Origin: Eledone cirrhosa
Lineage: Eukaryota
Assembly (NCBI GenBank): GCA_964016885.1
Contig: OZ024743.1
Span: 230,268,001-230,332,000, forward strand
Length of the DNA stretch: 64,000 nt
Direction: 5' to 3'
Notes under the pieces: generated by a model
Told to the model about the DNA's origin: nothing
Database searches by the model: none
What the model saw: only the letters and a program-made list of their open reading frames with translations
In this document: in pieces, positions 25,125 through 37,000 of the stretch
How the letters are laid out: every line of letters begins with the position of its first letter
Numbering within the stretch: the first letter of the stretch is position 1
Translations under genes and position numbers: made by a program

Positions 25125-26125
25125 TTCCTGGCCCGTCCGGCTGGCGGCCGGCTAGGTATACCGGCATTTTATCTTTTCAGGAATCCTCCCTTCACTATAA
25201 TGCAAAGATACCGCATGCCCTCTCAAGTCAGCGAGGGTGGTGGTGGTGGGGATTAACCTTCTCTTATGTTGGGTTTGAATAGTTAAAAAATCAGACTCAG
25301 ATTTGCAAGGACCTGTATGGCACACTGATGCTGTAATGCAATGTAGATGCAATCAGCTTGTGAACTCACCTTCTCCAATCTGGCCTGCTCTCTCTGTGTT
25401 CCTCTCCTGCCTTCTGCACGGGACCTCAGTTGCTGAAGGTGAGACTGGCGCTGCTCTCGAGAATGAGGTGATCGAATGGCTCTCGCTGGAGTCCTCATCT
25501 GCTGAAGGCGCCGTTCATGATCATCTTCAGACTCTCTGGCTCTAGTAAAATTTTTTCTTCTGGAAAATCTGATCTTGCGGCCAGGCTGGGACATTTTAGG
25601 TGGCATATCGGCAGTAACAATGACGATAAGCCGTCTGCGCTTTCCTGAAATAAATAGGTTTGTTTATATTTTATTTTCGTGTATACAAAGATATCTGTAC
25701 ACGAATATATATATTAAAATAACAGATTAAGGTTTAAGCAAAGAATCGTTGCTTTCACCATTAACGGGATTATCTGGAACTAAAAAAAATCAACCTGTGA
25801 ACGCAGAAGTAAATATTTACAAAAACGTTCTCTAATGGAGTCAGCCAGACATACAGAGACATATTATAAGGGTGCGACGTTATAGCTATGTATCTATCTA
25901 AAAAGACAGACTAAGAAAGAGTGAGGAATGTCATATAACCGGAAGTGTTGACATTTAAAATTTTAAAGAAGTGAATATTTAAATAATGTTTTTAATCTTT
26001 TAACAAAATTCAGTAGAAAAAGATTCCATCACTTTTTACTTGGAAAAAGTTACGTCTATGATGCAAATTTGGTGGTGTTTGGCGAAGATTTCGCTACATA
26101 CATACGGCCGTCAGCTTTATATTAT
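25122..26125 (-). mobile_element. Probable non-autonomous Helitron with N-terminal ORF remnant (25283-25606)
   Basis: The minus-strand start tatataatataaagctgac..tatgtatgt resembles Helitron 5' ends. A GC hairpin lies at 25130-25150 (terminal CTAG degenerate). The ORF has STPR-like ARESEDDHERRLQQMR repeats and a tttatttcag acceptor upstream of the ATG. Confidence 0.5.
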
Positions 26126-26142
26126 ATATATATATATATATA

Positions 26143-26340
26143 TATTGTTATACTTGGGGAGGGTCATATTTGTGTAATATTGCCAGAATTAATAACAGAA
26201 CACACTCACTGTTTGTTTGGTTTTCGCTTCTCGCTGTCTTTTATATCTGCGATCTGACTTATTACACAAGTATAACAATATTTGTTTGGGCCCACGATTT
26301 CATATAAAAAAAAACCTCGCTAAACTAATTCATCGCCGCT
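26143..26340. repeat. Family H fold-back element
   Basis: attgttatacttg..gagggtcat arm and inverted caagtataacaat arm; relatives at 42061 and 45428. Confidence 0.75.
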
Positions 26341-26354
26341 ATATATATATATAT

Positions 26355-26558
26355 ATAACGAAGGAAGTGTGGTAAGGAAACAAGTAGACCATAACACACC
26401 AGAGTACTCGATAGTTAGGGTAGTAGAGTGGGTAATAGGAAAAGAGTCAGGATCCCGACGGCTGAGCTCCGGCCGTTTCGGCAGCTAGATCTGAACTCAG
26501 TTCAGATCCAGCTGTCGAAACGGCTGGAGCTCAGCCGTCGGGGACCTGACTCTTTTCC

Positions 26559-26560
<2 letters not shown>
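26355..26560. mobile_element. Family F fold-back mini-element with hammerhead 3' half
   Basis: Centre gatctgaactcagttcagatc (~26497); then GAAAC-ggctg gagct cagcc-GTC with a perfect acggctg/cagccgt helix III. Confidence 0.8.
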
Positions 26561-26650
<90 letters not shown>

Positions 26651-27148
26651 TGTGTGTGTATGTGTGTATGTGTGAATGCGTGTGTGTGTGTGAGTGTGTG
26701 TGTATGTTGTGTATGTGTTTGTATACACTTAAATATACAAAAAAAAAGAGAACTAAAGTACAACAAAACAATCAATTTTAGGGTCAGGAGTGATATGCTA
26801 CATTTCTTTCTTCTACTTCAAGACATCTCTCAACAAGATAGATAATGATGACAATCAATAGCTTCACTGGCGTGCTACGTTTTAAATGAATAGACGGCAC
26901 CATTAGGTTGAATAGGTTCCTCCACACCAAGAAACACTTTAATGTTGTTTGGATGTGTACCAATCACAACAAAGTCACTATATATATATATATATATAAA
27001 TAGTTAAATATGTGTTTGTTGGTGTGTGTGTGTGAATTCATATTTATATGTTTGAATATTTTAAAATGTATGTAAATATATTAAAACACTAACACACACA
27101 CATACATACACACACGCACACACCGACACACACATACATACACACACG

Positions 27149-27204
<56 letters not shown>

Positions 27205-27515
27205 GAGAGAGAGAGAGAGAGATAGCTATTGAGATGTTTCAGGAAGATTATATACATACGCATGCTTATAGATTTTATATATACATATATAATCAAATTC
27301 AACGGAACACATTCAGTCGCCATAACGGCACTTATTGAACAAACACAGCCATTGACTATATAGTCGCCATTTCTGTGAACTGGTTTTCTGCGGTCGTGCC
27401 TGTTGTGGGATTCAAAAGGGTTTGATGGGGATAGTGGTTGTGTTGTTTGGGGTTTTACTTTTGTTGATCGCTGTTTATGTTGTGTGTGTGTGCTTCCATG
27501 TATACTTACACACAC

Positions 27516-27664
<149 letters not shown>

Positions 27665-27703
27665 ATATATAAGATCAAAAGATGGTTAAAGGAGTTCCAT
27701 GTA

Positions 27704-27772
27704 TTTTATTATGCGCATTTCAAAAACAAAAATCATCATGCAATAATATTTGTGTTTTCATCAGATAAAACA
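27704..27772 (-). ncRNA. Type I hammerhead ribozyme (family D)
   Basis: Reverse complement of the 27913 motif with intact CTGATGA and GAAA. Confidence 0.8.
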
Positions 27773-27912
27773 GAACATGATATGAAGGCTAAAAAACACT
27801 TGTGGATAGTGCAGTTTTAAAAAACACTTGTGGATAGTGCAGTTTTAAATCAACATATGTTGATTTAAAACTGCACTATCCACAAGTGTATTTTAGCCTT
27901 CATATCATGTTC

Positions 27913-27981
27913 TGTTTTATCTGATGAAAACATAAATATTATTGCATGATGATGTTTGTTTTTGAAATGCGCATAATAAAA
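27913..27981 (+). ncRNA. Type I hammerhead ribozyme (family D)
   Basis: ttttat-CTGATGA(27921)-aaacataaatattattgcatgatgatgtttgttttt-GAAA(27964)-tgcgcaTA|ataaaa. Confidence 0.82.
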
Positions 27982-28109
27982 TACATGGAACTCCTTTAAC
28001 CATCTTTTGATCTTATATATTATGTATACTCCAGTCCTACAAACTGTAGAGTGCTTCTTATCCGATATCTGCATTGCTTTATTGTACTACAATAAAACTC
28101 ATCTCCTAC

Positions 28110-28152
<43 letters not shown>

Positions 28153-28400
28153 AATATATATATACATATATATATATGCAAAACGTAAACGGAATTAAGA
28201 AATATATTAGTTTAACACTTGAAATATTTACGATTACAGATATTTCTCTCTCTCTAAAATTGCAAACTTGACTGTCTAAACACACACAGACACCCGGATG
28301 TAACACATACGCAAACTAAGCACACAACACACAAAAACAAGATGATGTAGGACAGAACAAAGGAGAGGCACAACATCACAGAAAATAATCCCCAGTCAGT

Positions 28401-28590
28401 GATTGTTTCTACATTTGGCACAAGGCCAGCAATGATCCCAGTGCATTACTGGTACTTTATTTTATCGACCCCGTAAGGATGAAAGACAAAGCTAACCGCG
28501 GCGGGATTTGAAATCAGACCGTAAACGGCTGTAGCTCTATGCTGCAAATCATGGCGCCAGACCCTCTACCGATACTGCCAATCAACCACT
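28401..28590 (-). mobile_element. SINE S1
   Basis: Full motif series from ttgtttctac to gatactgccaatc. Confidence 0.85.
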
Positions 28591-29156
28591 CTAAATATGT
28601 ATATAGATAGATAAATAGATATAGATATAAGTATTCTTACACACGCTTACACATACACACAAATTCACACGTACACATACATATGTGTGTGCATGCATAT
28701 GCGTGTATGCTCCTTTCTATATACATGTGTGTGGCTGATTGTACGCTGTGCGTCGGTTTGTGTATGTGCGTGTGCGTATGTATGTGTCTATGTTTCATGT
28801 GTGATTTTTCGTCGAAATATGTCAATAGAATTAGACTACCTTTTGATGAATAATTATATTTCCCTTCACTTTGTCAGTTGATTTAACCTTTTATGAGCAG
28901 TTCTCTACGTTACTGTCAAACATACGCGGGTGTGGCTTGGGACTATATATACCTGTCTATCTATCTATCTAAATATCTATCTGTGTGTCAGTCTATCTGT
29001 TTTTCCTTCTCACTCTCTCTATCTCTCACTCACACGCACATATACACACACTCTCTGTGTCTCTCACACACGCACGCACTTGTCTCTCTTTGTATATATA
29101 AGTGTGTGTATGTGTGCGTGTATGTATGTATGTATGTGTATATGTGTGTATGTGTG

Positions 29157-29199
<43 letters not shown>

Positions 29200-29796
29200 T
29201 TATACATATATATATATATTGTTCGTATCAAACAGGGTTATAATGAGAACTATGCACTACTCCTCGTAGACACATTACTCTGCCAATAAACTATATTCAT
29301 ATGTATTAAAAGTTTAATATATGTACACAGAGTGCTTACCATAGGTTATTTGTAGTGAGTGAAACTCCACGTTTTTCCGGACCAGGGTTTCCACAAGATA
29401 GACTGATCAAGTTAGTGCATTAGCCACTTGCTACTCTCAGTGGTTGCACTATTCAAAAAGTGCAAACCATCATCTATATTGCTGCATCAGCCGCGCCAAA
29501 TAGATTAGTCGTTGCACATGGTTGAATAACAGGGCACAGTTTATACTTGAGATTACGTGAGAAATTTACCAGGAGAGAAATGACAGCTAATCCGAGGGAC
29601 CGGTAAAAGGCTAGTTGTCATGACAATCTGCCTGCTCCTTGAAATAAGCCCTTAATCTGGGATCCCACATGCTGCGGCACCATGTCTAGCGGCATTCACG
29701 GTGAGTTCAGGGTCAACGTCTTCTCTAATCTGCTGACATGAACAGAAACTTGGAACTCATTTTAAGAAGAAAAACAGACACGTACATTAGAGGAAA

Positions 29797-29980
29797 ATAA
29801 TTGTTTCTACTTTAAGCACAAGGCCAGCAATTACCCCAGTCTATTACTGGTACTTTATTTTATCGACCCCGTACGGTTGTAAGGCAAAGTTAACCTCGGC
29901 GGGATTTGAACTCAGATCATAAAGAGAAGTAACTCTATGCTTCAAAGCATGGCGTCCGACCCTCTACCGATACTGCCAAT
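29797..29980 (-). mobile_element. SINE S1
   Basis: Full motif series. Confidence 0.88.
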
Positions 29981-31569
29981 ATAATAACATCTGAAATATA
30001 AAACACCTAGTCATTAAAGTGAAATTTCAAAGAAATTACGATATATGAAGGAACACGACACTAAAGCATATGAAACTTGGCCTTAAAACCAAACTAGCGA
30101 CGGAACCTCATGCTACCCTTCTCGCAGACACACAGAAAAAAGAATGGAACGTCTGATGGAGTGAATTGCTGACAGTAGGTCCGTATGTTAAAAAAATGTG
30201 CTAAGAATATTTCCAAACCTCAGTCGTGTGGGATGTGAACTCAGAAACTATCATCTAAACATTCCGTCATTCAGTGTCTGTTTGGATATATATATGCGTG
30301 TGTGTTTGAATGTGTGTGTGTGGGGGGGGGGGGGGGCGCGCGCGCGTTTGTGTGAGAGAGAACGAGAGAAAGAGAGTGTGTTTGTGTATGTGTATTGCCT
30401 ATTCTGATGGAAAGTTGCTAGAAAGTAATATATTTACTATAAAGTCGTCAAATAAATCGAGTAAATTACCATTTTCCCGCCTGCAAGTTTTATTCGATTG
30501 TTTTATAGTTAATATAAGTATTGTGAGAGTCGTTTATGACAAAATTAAATAGATTTAAATGTTCACACTTGTCCATCATCTTCGTAAAAATGTAACTTTT
30601 TTATGTGTGGGGTGTGCGTTTGTGAATTACACACACACTAACAGACTCACAACACATACACATATATAGTGCATTGTGTATTGATGTGTAAAATTCACTT
30701 ACTGATGGTACTACACCGGTTTGAGCACTGAATGGTGGTTTGGTATCTAGCTGTCGATGTGGAATTTTGGGGTTGCATCATCACTGGTGTTGTTATCCAT
30801 AACCAGCAACTTGTTAATAAGACGATTGGTGTACGAAGTATCAATGTAATATCAATATATATATATATATATATATTATTTACATGTGACGCGAGTTTCG
30901 CAATCGATCCTTTCAATATATGATCGGTCATGATCAGGCCCGATTCTGGAATTGATAGGTCATCAAACTTGTGCAATTATCGCTGCAACACTGTTATATA
31001 TACTTGTAAGTTTATTGGTTGAAGGCTGGGTAGGATTGTTGTTATCTTCAGTCGCTGACGGTGGCGTATGTAGCAATTACAATGTTACCCTAGACACATA
31101 TACTTTTAACTGATTAGCAAAAATCGAATAATAAAATATTATATAAAAAAGGATAATAAAATAATGCAGAAACGTGATGAGATGAAAGTAATTAGTAAAG
31201 CATAGACAGATAAATGTAAGAAAGAAAGAAAGAAAGTAAAGAGACTGAAAGATAAAAAGGCCAGGGCAGATGATACGGTTCATTAATAGATTAACACTGA
31301 AATAAGTTTTTTTATACATGCTACAGGCACCATGGAGGTCCTTTGAATGATTCATATTGTATGGTCAAGATGTCTAGGTCGAAATTGCGCGACCATTTCA
31401 GTCTATGACATGTGTAGTGATACCATCATGAAACGTTAATGCCATAGACACTAACACCAATAAATATAATGATGTTTGTTTTTTTATTTGATCAGATGAT
31501 GTAACCACTGTACTAGCTAGGGCCTAGTTGCTAGACAATTCTTCTAATAGATATAATAATAATTATAAT

Positions 31570-31750
31570 AATACTTTCTGATTTAGGAACAAGGTCAGCA
31601 ATTTTGGGGAAGAGGAAAGTCGTGACCGGTACTTTATTTCATTGACCGCGTAAGGTTGAAAAGCAAAGCTAACCTCCGCGGGATTTGAAATCAGAACGTA
31701 AAGCGCTGCATATCTATCCACGAAACATGGCGTCAGACGTTCTACCGATA
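31570..31750 (-). mobile_element. SINE S1 (longer-tail variant)
   Basis: aggaacaaggtcagcaattttgggg..gggatttgaaatcag..tctaccgata. Confidence 0.75.
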
Positions 31751-32414
31751 ATGATTTTTGTTTTTAGCCACAGAGGGCTGATGTTCAGTAGATAATAGAG
31801 TCACAGGATGATACAGTGTGCCGTTTGTGTTTAAAAACCTATAAAAAACTATAAAGATAAACATTAAAACATCAAACAAAACGAATTCCGAAATAGGGTG
31901 GCAAGATCTCTGACTGTCACTCGGGGAGAAAACACACTAAACCTCACAGTCACTCTGACCGCTGGGTCACGCTGACCGTATGTGGCACTTACCAGTTAAC
32001 TGTCTTAAGTCTACAGGTTTAGAATCAGAACAGGATTGTTAACTCACCACTCTCATTCATCTTTTATCAAACTGCTTGGAAGGTAAGCACTCCCTCTCCA
32101 CATTGATTTTCTTTTTCAAGTGAAACCTAAAAAAGTTAATCATCCTTACTCACCCACAACCAATGAACTCCAAATATGTACGCTGCTACAACAGATTCTA
32201 TGTTGGCAATACCTTACGCATATATATATATGAGAATGCGGCAGATATAATTCCAGATATTCGAGAATCCACTAGCTTAATGCGCTATCGATTCCAGAGT
32301 CGGTCCCGATCACATAAAGTACCAATAATACATTGCGGTCAATTTAATCGACATTCCCCTCCCACCAAAATTGTGGGCCTTGTACCAAAATCAGAAACCA
32401 TTACTTATATATAT

Positions 32415-32468
<54 letters not shown>

Positions 32469-32473
32469 GTGGG

Positions 32474-32504
<31 letters not shown>

Positions 32505-32516
32505 ATTGTGTGTGTG

Positions 32517-32602
<86 letters not shown>

Positions 32603-32867
32603 CGTGCGTGTATGTGAGATTCTGTGCATGTTAACGTATGCGGCTCCATTTGTCTCTACGTACGCTTCTATGGATATAGACACAAAACATGCCGGAAGTT
32701 CAGCTTGTAATCAATCCTAATTGTGTTGTAGTCTACCGGATGTCGTCTTGTCAATCACTTACCGGCTATCACTTGGTAATGTAAATTAAAATAAATATCA
32801 CGGACATCAAATGCATGCACACACTTGCACACACAGACATAGACACACGCACACACAAACACACACG

Positions 32868-32901
<34 letters not shown>

Positions 32902-32995
32902 CATATAGTAATAATAATAAATTTGAAGACTAAAATCCAAAGAGGGCTCGATAAGGATAAATATATATCAAATATTTATTAAAATAACAGATTAA

Positions 32996-33046
32996 AGTTT
33001 AAGCAAAGAATCGCTGCTTTCACCCTTAACGGGATCTTCTGAAACT
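32996..33046 (-). ncRNA. Hammerhead-like motif with variant core CAGAAGA
   Basis: agttt-CAGAAGA-tcccgttaagggt-GAAA-gca gcgattctt tgc-TT|aaact; all three stems pair. Confidence 0.6.
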
Positions 33047-33977
33047 AACAAAGTCAATCTGTAAATGCAGAACTGGATATTTCAAAAAACGTTGCAACCG
33101 GAGGAAGACAGGAAGACGATACTTTGGTTCGTGGAAACGTTCGCTGGCTAAGAACGGGAAAAAACGAATATAATACGTCATTAATAGGAGCGGTGAAAAA
33201 CAATTACGCGCAAAGACAGAACCACGTTTATGGTATAAAAGAGGTCGTAGACTAATGTTCTCTTAGGTGGTGCATAGAGACGTTCTCTGGCAATGAACGA
33301 AAAAAACGAAGATAATACGTCATATGTGGAGCGTGGAGCACAATAGCACTCAAAGACAAAACCACGTAAATGGTATAACAGAAGTCGTAGACTAAATTCT
33401 AACTAGGAGACCGAATGAATCTCCGCTACAGAGTTAAGAACAGAGTAAATAAATACAATACAGAAGTAATAGAAATAAATAAATACATACACGCAAACAA
33501 ATACGTACATACACAAGCATACGCAAAAACTTACCATAGGTAAACAAAACCACGCACATATAAATATGTGTGTGTGTGTAAGCGTGTATACAAATAAATA
33601 AATAATTATATAAACGTATATAAATAATTAAATACGTATATAACAAGCGCACACACATACCTACATGTAAATACACGAATGTTCGGAGACGTAAGTCAAC
33701 CAAAACATGAAGTACACATATACACACGCCCTACATACGTACGAACCTGCATACTCACACAGACGCAAAACTCCCGTATACACATAGCCGAACCATATGT
33801 ACCAGAATATAGAAAAAATTATACGCCATAACAATCAAATATACGTACGAGAAGTTATATGTACCTTCACAAAACATACGGATAATATATACATACCTAT
33901 GCAAATAAGTAAAGGTATAAACAAAACATATACTTAGCTCCCACATCGAGACGTAAAATGTCCACGTATAGATCGTA

Positions 33978-35780
33978 CTATCCGTTAGGGTATAACGTGT
34001 GGCTGTAATACAGTAAAATTTTGTGCAATTTATGTTTACAAGCCGAAATTGCCTCAGATGTTTTGTTTAATATGTGGTCTGTGGCGTAGAGTATTTCCAG
34101 GGCCTCAGCGGCGCAGAGGTCACATGGTCTTTTATTTCCGTTATACGATCTAGCCCTTGCTAGGATCTCCCAGTGTAACTTATATTGGGTGTGGTTGTCT
34201 TTTAGACTCCAGATATAAGCTGAAAGTGACGTCATATTCCTTCTTAGAGGGTAACGAAAATAATGGGTATGCATGTAAAGACGCTGCTTGAATCTATTGG
34301 CAGTTATCCCTATGTAGGCCCTACGGGACGTGGGTGTTACAACCTTACATTTGTAGACAATGTTACTAGAGAGGCATTTCCCGGATAGGAGACAATCAAC
34401 CTGATTCCTACAATTACAGTTAGTACTAACTACAGGGTTGCACGTGTTCCTACGGCTAGGTAGTTTGGCTAAATTTGAAGCTGTGATGTTATGTGTAAGG
34501 TTAGGAGTCGTAGAGTAAGACATTTTAATAGTATTTCTTATGAAAAATTTACTATATTTATGTGTAGGGGGAAAATGCTTCGTAATAAGGGAAAGACAGA
34601 TCTTAGCTAATGGTGTGGCCACCTCCATATTATATGGTGGGTTATACCAACAAATGCGACGGGATCTATTTCTTCTAGGTCTATTTTCGTACTCTGTATA
34701 TGCTACCTTATCGACAAATCCACTTCGAGCAAGAGCTTCATTGTAATAAGTGGAATGGTCGTAGAAAATACGCTCGTTGGTGGAAAGACGGGAAAGCCTT
34801 AAAGAAAAGTTTCTTACCAGGTTCTTGGTTATGCTGGCAAGAAGGTTGGAATGCTTACTTATGTAATTAAGCGTATCATTCGGCTTTCTATACGGGTAAT
34901 ACAACCCATTCAATAAGTTGAGGGTAACGTCGAGGTAATTAACGACCGAGAGATTAGCCTCAACCTGTATAGAGAGGTTGAAGCCTTTAAAGAAGGCTGT
35001 GAGTTCTTTTCTGAACCTGTCGCAAGCACGAGGTCCGCACTTATTCATGGTCAAACGACCATCGTCACGGTACAAGCCACCGCCCGCGTTGGGGAATTCG
35101 TCCTTGATAGAGAAAAGAAGGAAAAGGCCGATAAGATCAGTAACCTCCGCAGAATCACTGGCGCCCATACTAACGTCGAATGGGGTACTTTTGGATTTTT
35201 TTATCCAAATAGAGTCGTCGAAATTAATCACCGACTTTCGGGCATTGAGGATGACATCAACTTCGAAATCCTTAACCACTGTGAGTGTTTTAGCGAAATT
35301 GATAGCTCTAAGGAGAAGTGGTAAAGTGATGGAGGAGTAGTAATTGCTGATGTCGAATTGGATAAAACGGCAATGTTCCTTGTTACATATGCCGTTGAAC
35401 CAATCAATCACCGCGAAAGAATTGTTCCACAGTGCAAGAGGGGAGAAACTTCTAATTTCAGGTATAATTCTATCAAGAATCGTCTTACTAAGTCTACCTA
35501 AATCGGACTTCGTAGGGTTAATAAGCCGAAAAGAGGGGTTGTTCGGAAAATTTGATTTGTGATCCTTCAGGGTAAAGTGGGGAGAAATAGGGTCCAGAGG
35601 TTCGGTCCAATCCAGGATGTTGAGATCAGATGTGATTTTAAACCCAGCATCGTTGATTTCATTGATGACGCACTGATTAGTTTTACGGTAATCCTTAGTT
35701 ACAGCATTATGTAGTAGTTGATGGTAAGTACTGCGCTCCACTTGATATAGGTTGCCAGTTTTGTCGGAATGGACGTGCAA
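33978..35780 (-). CDS. PLE reverse transcriptase + GIY-YIG endonuclease (600 aa; N-terminus continues after one frameshift in 35699-36001)
   Basis: Motifs SDKTGNLY, TLKDHK..RLINPTKS, IQFDISNYYSSI, FDVSMGASDSAEV, GLYRDDG, NYLDVTL, CNC..C....C, IVYKC..YIGIT..FKQR, CDLC..E. Confidence 0.9.
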   Translation of the reverse strand: MHVHSDKTGNLYQVERSTYHQLLHNAVTKDYRKTNQCVINEINDAGFKITSDLNILDWTEPLDPISPHFTLKDHKSNFPNNPSFRLINPTKSDLGRLSKTILDRIIPEIRSFSPLALWNNSFAVIDWFNGICNKEHCRFIQFDISNYYSSITLPLLLRAINFAKTLTVVKDFEVDVILNARKSVINFDDSIWIKKSKSTPFDVSMGASDSAEVTDLIGLFLLFSIKDEFPNAGGGLYRDDGRLTMNKCGPRACDRFRKELTAFFKGFNLSIQVEANLSVVNYLDVTLNLLNGLYYPYRKPNDTLNYISKHSNLLASITKNLVRNFSLRLSRLSTNERIFYDHSTYYNEALARSGFVDKVAYTEYENRPRRNRSRRICWYNPPYNMEVATPLAKICLSLITKHFPPTHKYSKFFIRNTIKMSYSTTPNLTHNITASNLAKLPSRRNTCNPVVSTNCNCRNQVDCLLSGKCLSSNIVYKCKVVTPTSRRAYIGITANRFKQRLYMHTHYFRYPLRRNMTSLSAYIWSLKDNHTQYKLHWEILARARSYNGNKRPCDLCAAEALEILYATDHILNKTSEAISACKHKLHKILLYYSHTLYPNG

Positions 35781-36070
35781 GGCATTAGATCCTTAATAGA
35801 ACGAATTCTATTATTCAGGTCTTGCTGGAAGGAATTGCTCCTATTCCGAAATTTGATACTTCGAATGAGTTCCAAGACATCATTTTCGAAGGGTAGCAAT
35901 GGTGGGTTACACGGGGGGTTATTATAGGTTTTAAATCCAAATTTATCCTGTTTGTTGTCTGCTTTTCGCGGATTATCGAAGTAAAAGGCCCGCCAACGCA
36001 ACCTTTTAATGAACTGTTTTCTGTATCAGGAGGTTTAGGTATTTATATATATACATGCATATATATATAC

Positions 36071-36202
36071 AGAATTAGCCGTCGAAACGGCTTGAGCTCA
36101 GCCGTCGGGGTCCTACTCGTTCCTATTACCCACTCTACTACCCTAAGTATTGAGTACTTTGGTGCGTTATGGTCCACCTGGTTCCTTACCACATTTCCTT
36201 CG

Positions 36203-36205
<3 letters not shown>
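36071..36205 (+). mobile_element. Family F single arm beginning inside hammerhead stem II
   Basis: tagccgtc-GAAAC(36084)-ggcttgagctcagcc-GTC(36104)-gggg; in TA tract. Confidence 0.8.
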
Positions 36206-36268
<63 letters not shown>

Positions 36269-36816
36269 GCAATTTCCATTTTAACCAATCAGACGATTTG
36301 CAGACGCGATATTTAGAAAAGAGGTTAAGTTATTCTACATAATTACCCGAGAAGAATGTAAACAGTTTAAAATGTATTTTCCTGTTATATTTTCTCTTCG
36401 TAAATATTCGTTTTGAAGAAAAAAGAACTGTACTAATTTATATAGTAATTACACTTAATGAATTAGTTTTCTAATCACTAACATTTTCCAATCTCTATGG
36501 CAGGGCCTAAAGTTGTTTTGCTACACATGATGAATCTATTACAAAAGGTAACACAATCTATGACAATATTCCTGTTAAATAAAGATGAGAAAACAGTAAA
36601 ACGGAGATATAAATATACTCAATGGATATGTATGCACACACGTGCACACACACATATACATACATACCTACACACACGCACACACACACATATACATAAT
36701 ACCTACACACACGCACAAACACATATATATATATAGTATATATATATATATAACAAATATTTTATCGCTCTACATTGCTGAATACAATAAATGTAATCTG
36801 AGTGTTTCGAATATTA

Positions 36817-37000
36817 ATAATTGTTTCTACTTTAGGCACAAGGCCAGCAAAAACCCAGTTCATTACTGGTACTTTATTTTATCGACCCCGTAAGGATGAA
36901 AGGCAAAGTCAACCTCGGCGGGTTTTGAACTCAGATCGTAAATGGACTAACTATGCTGGAAAACATAGCGTCCGACCCATAGTATTCGATACTGCCAATC
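36817..37000 (-). mobile_element. SINE S1
   Basis: Full motif series. Confidence 0.85.

Larger units (their letters stand above)
27665..28110. mobile_element. Family D asymmetric fold-back element
   Basis: Palindrome centred on caacatatgttg (27851-27862); short arm 27665-27850, long arm to 28110; both ends in (TA)n. Confidence 0.9.
32960..36020 (-). mobile_element. Near-complete Penelope-like element (YRDD type, Nematis-like) with long 3' region
   Basis: ORFs 35699-36001 and 33978-35780. The 3' region has a tandem duplication (33135-33265 / 33280-33405) and a hammerhead-like motif in the same orientation as the ORF. Confidence 0.85.

Noticed and set aside
30880-30945. Minus-strand CTGATCA..GAAAC-tcgc-GTC; similar weak motifs at 13765-13810 and 44682-44723
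   Set aside because: Core mismatches plus poor stem I pairing; not distinguishable from chance by eye.
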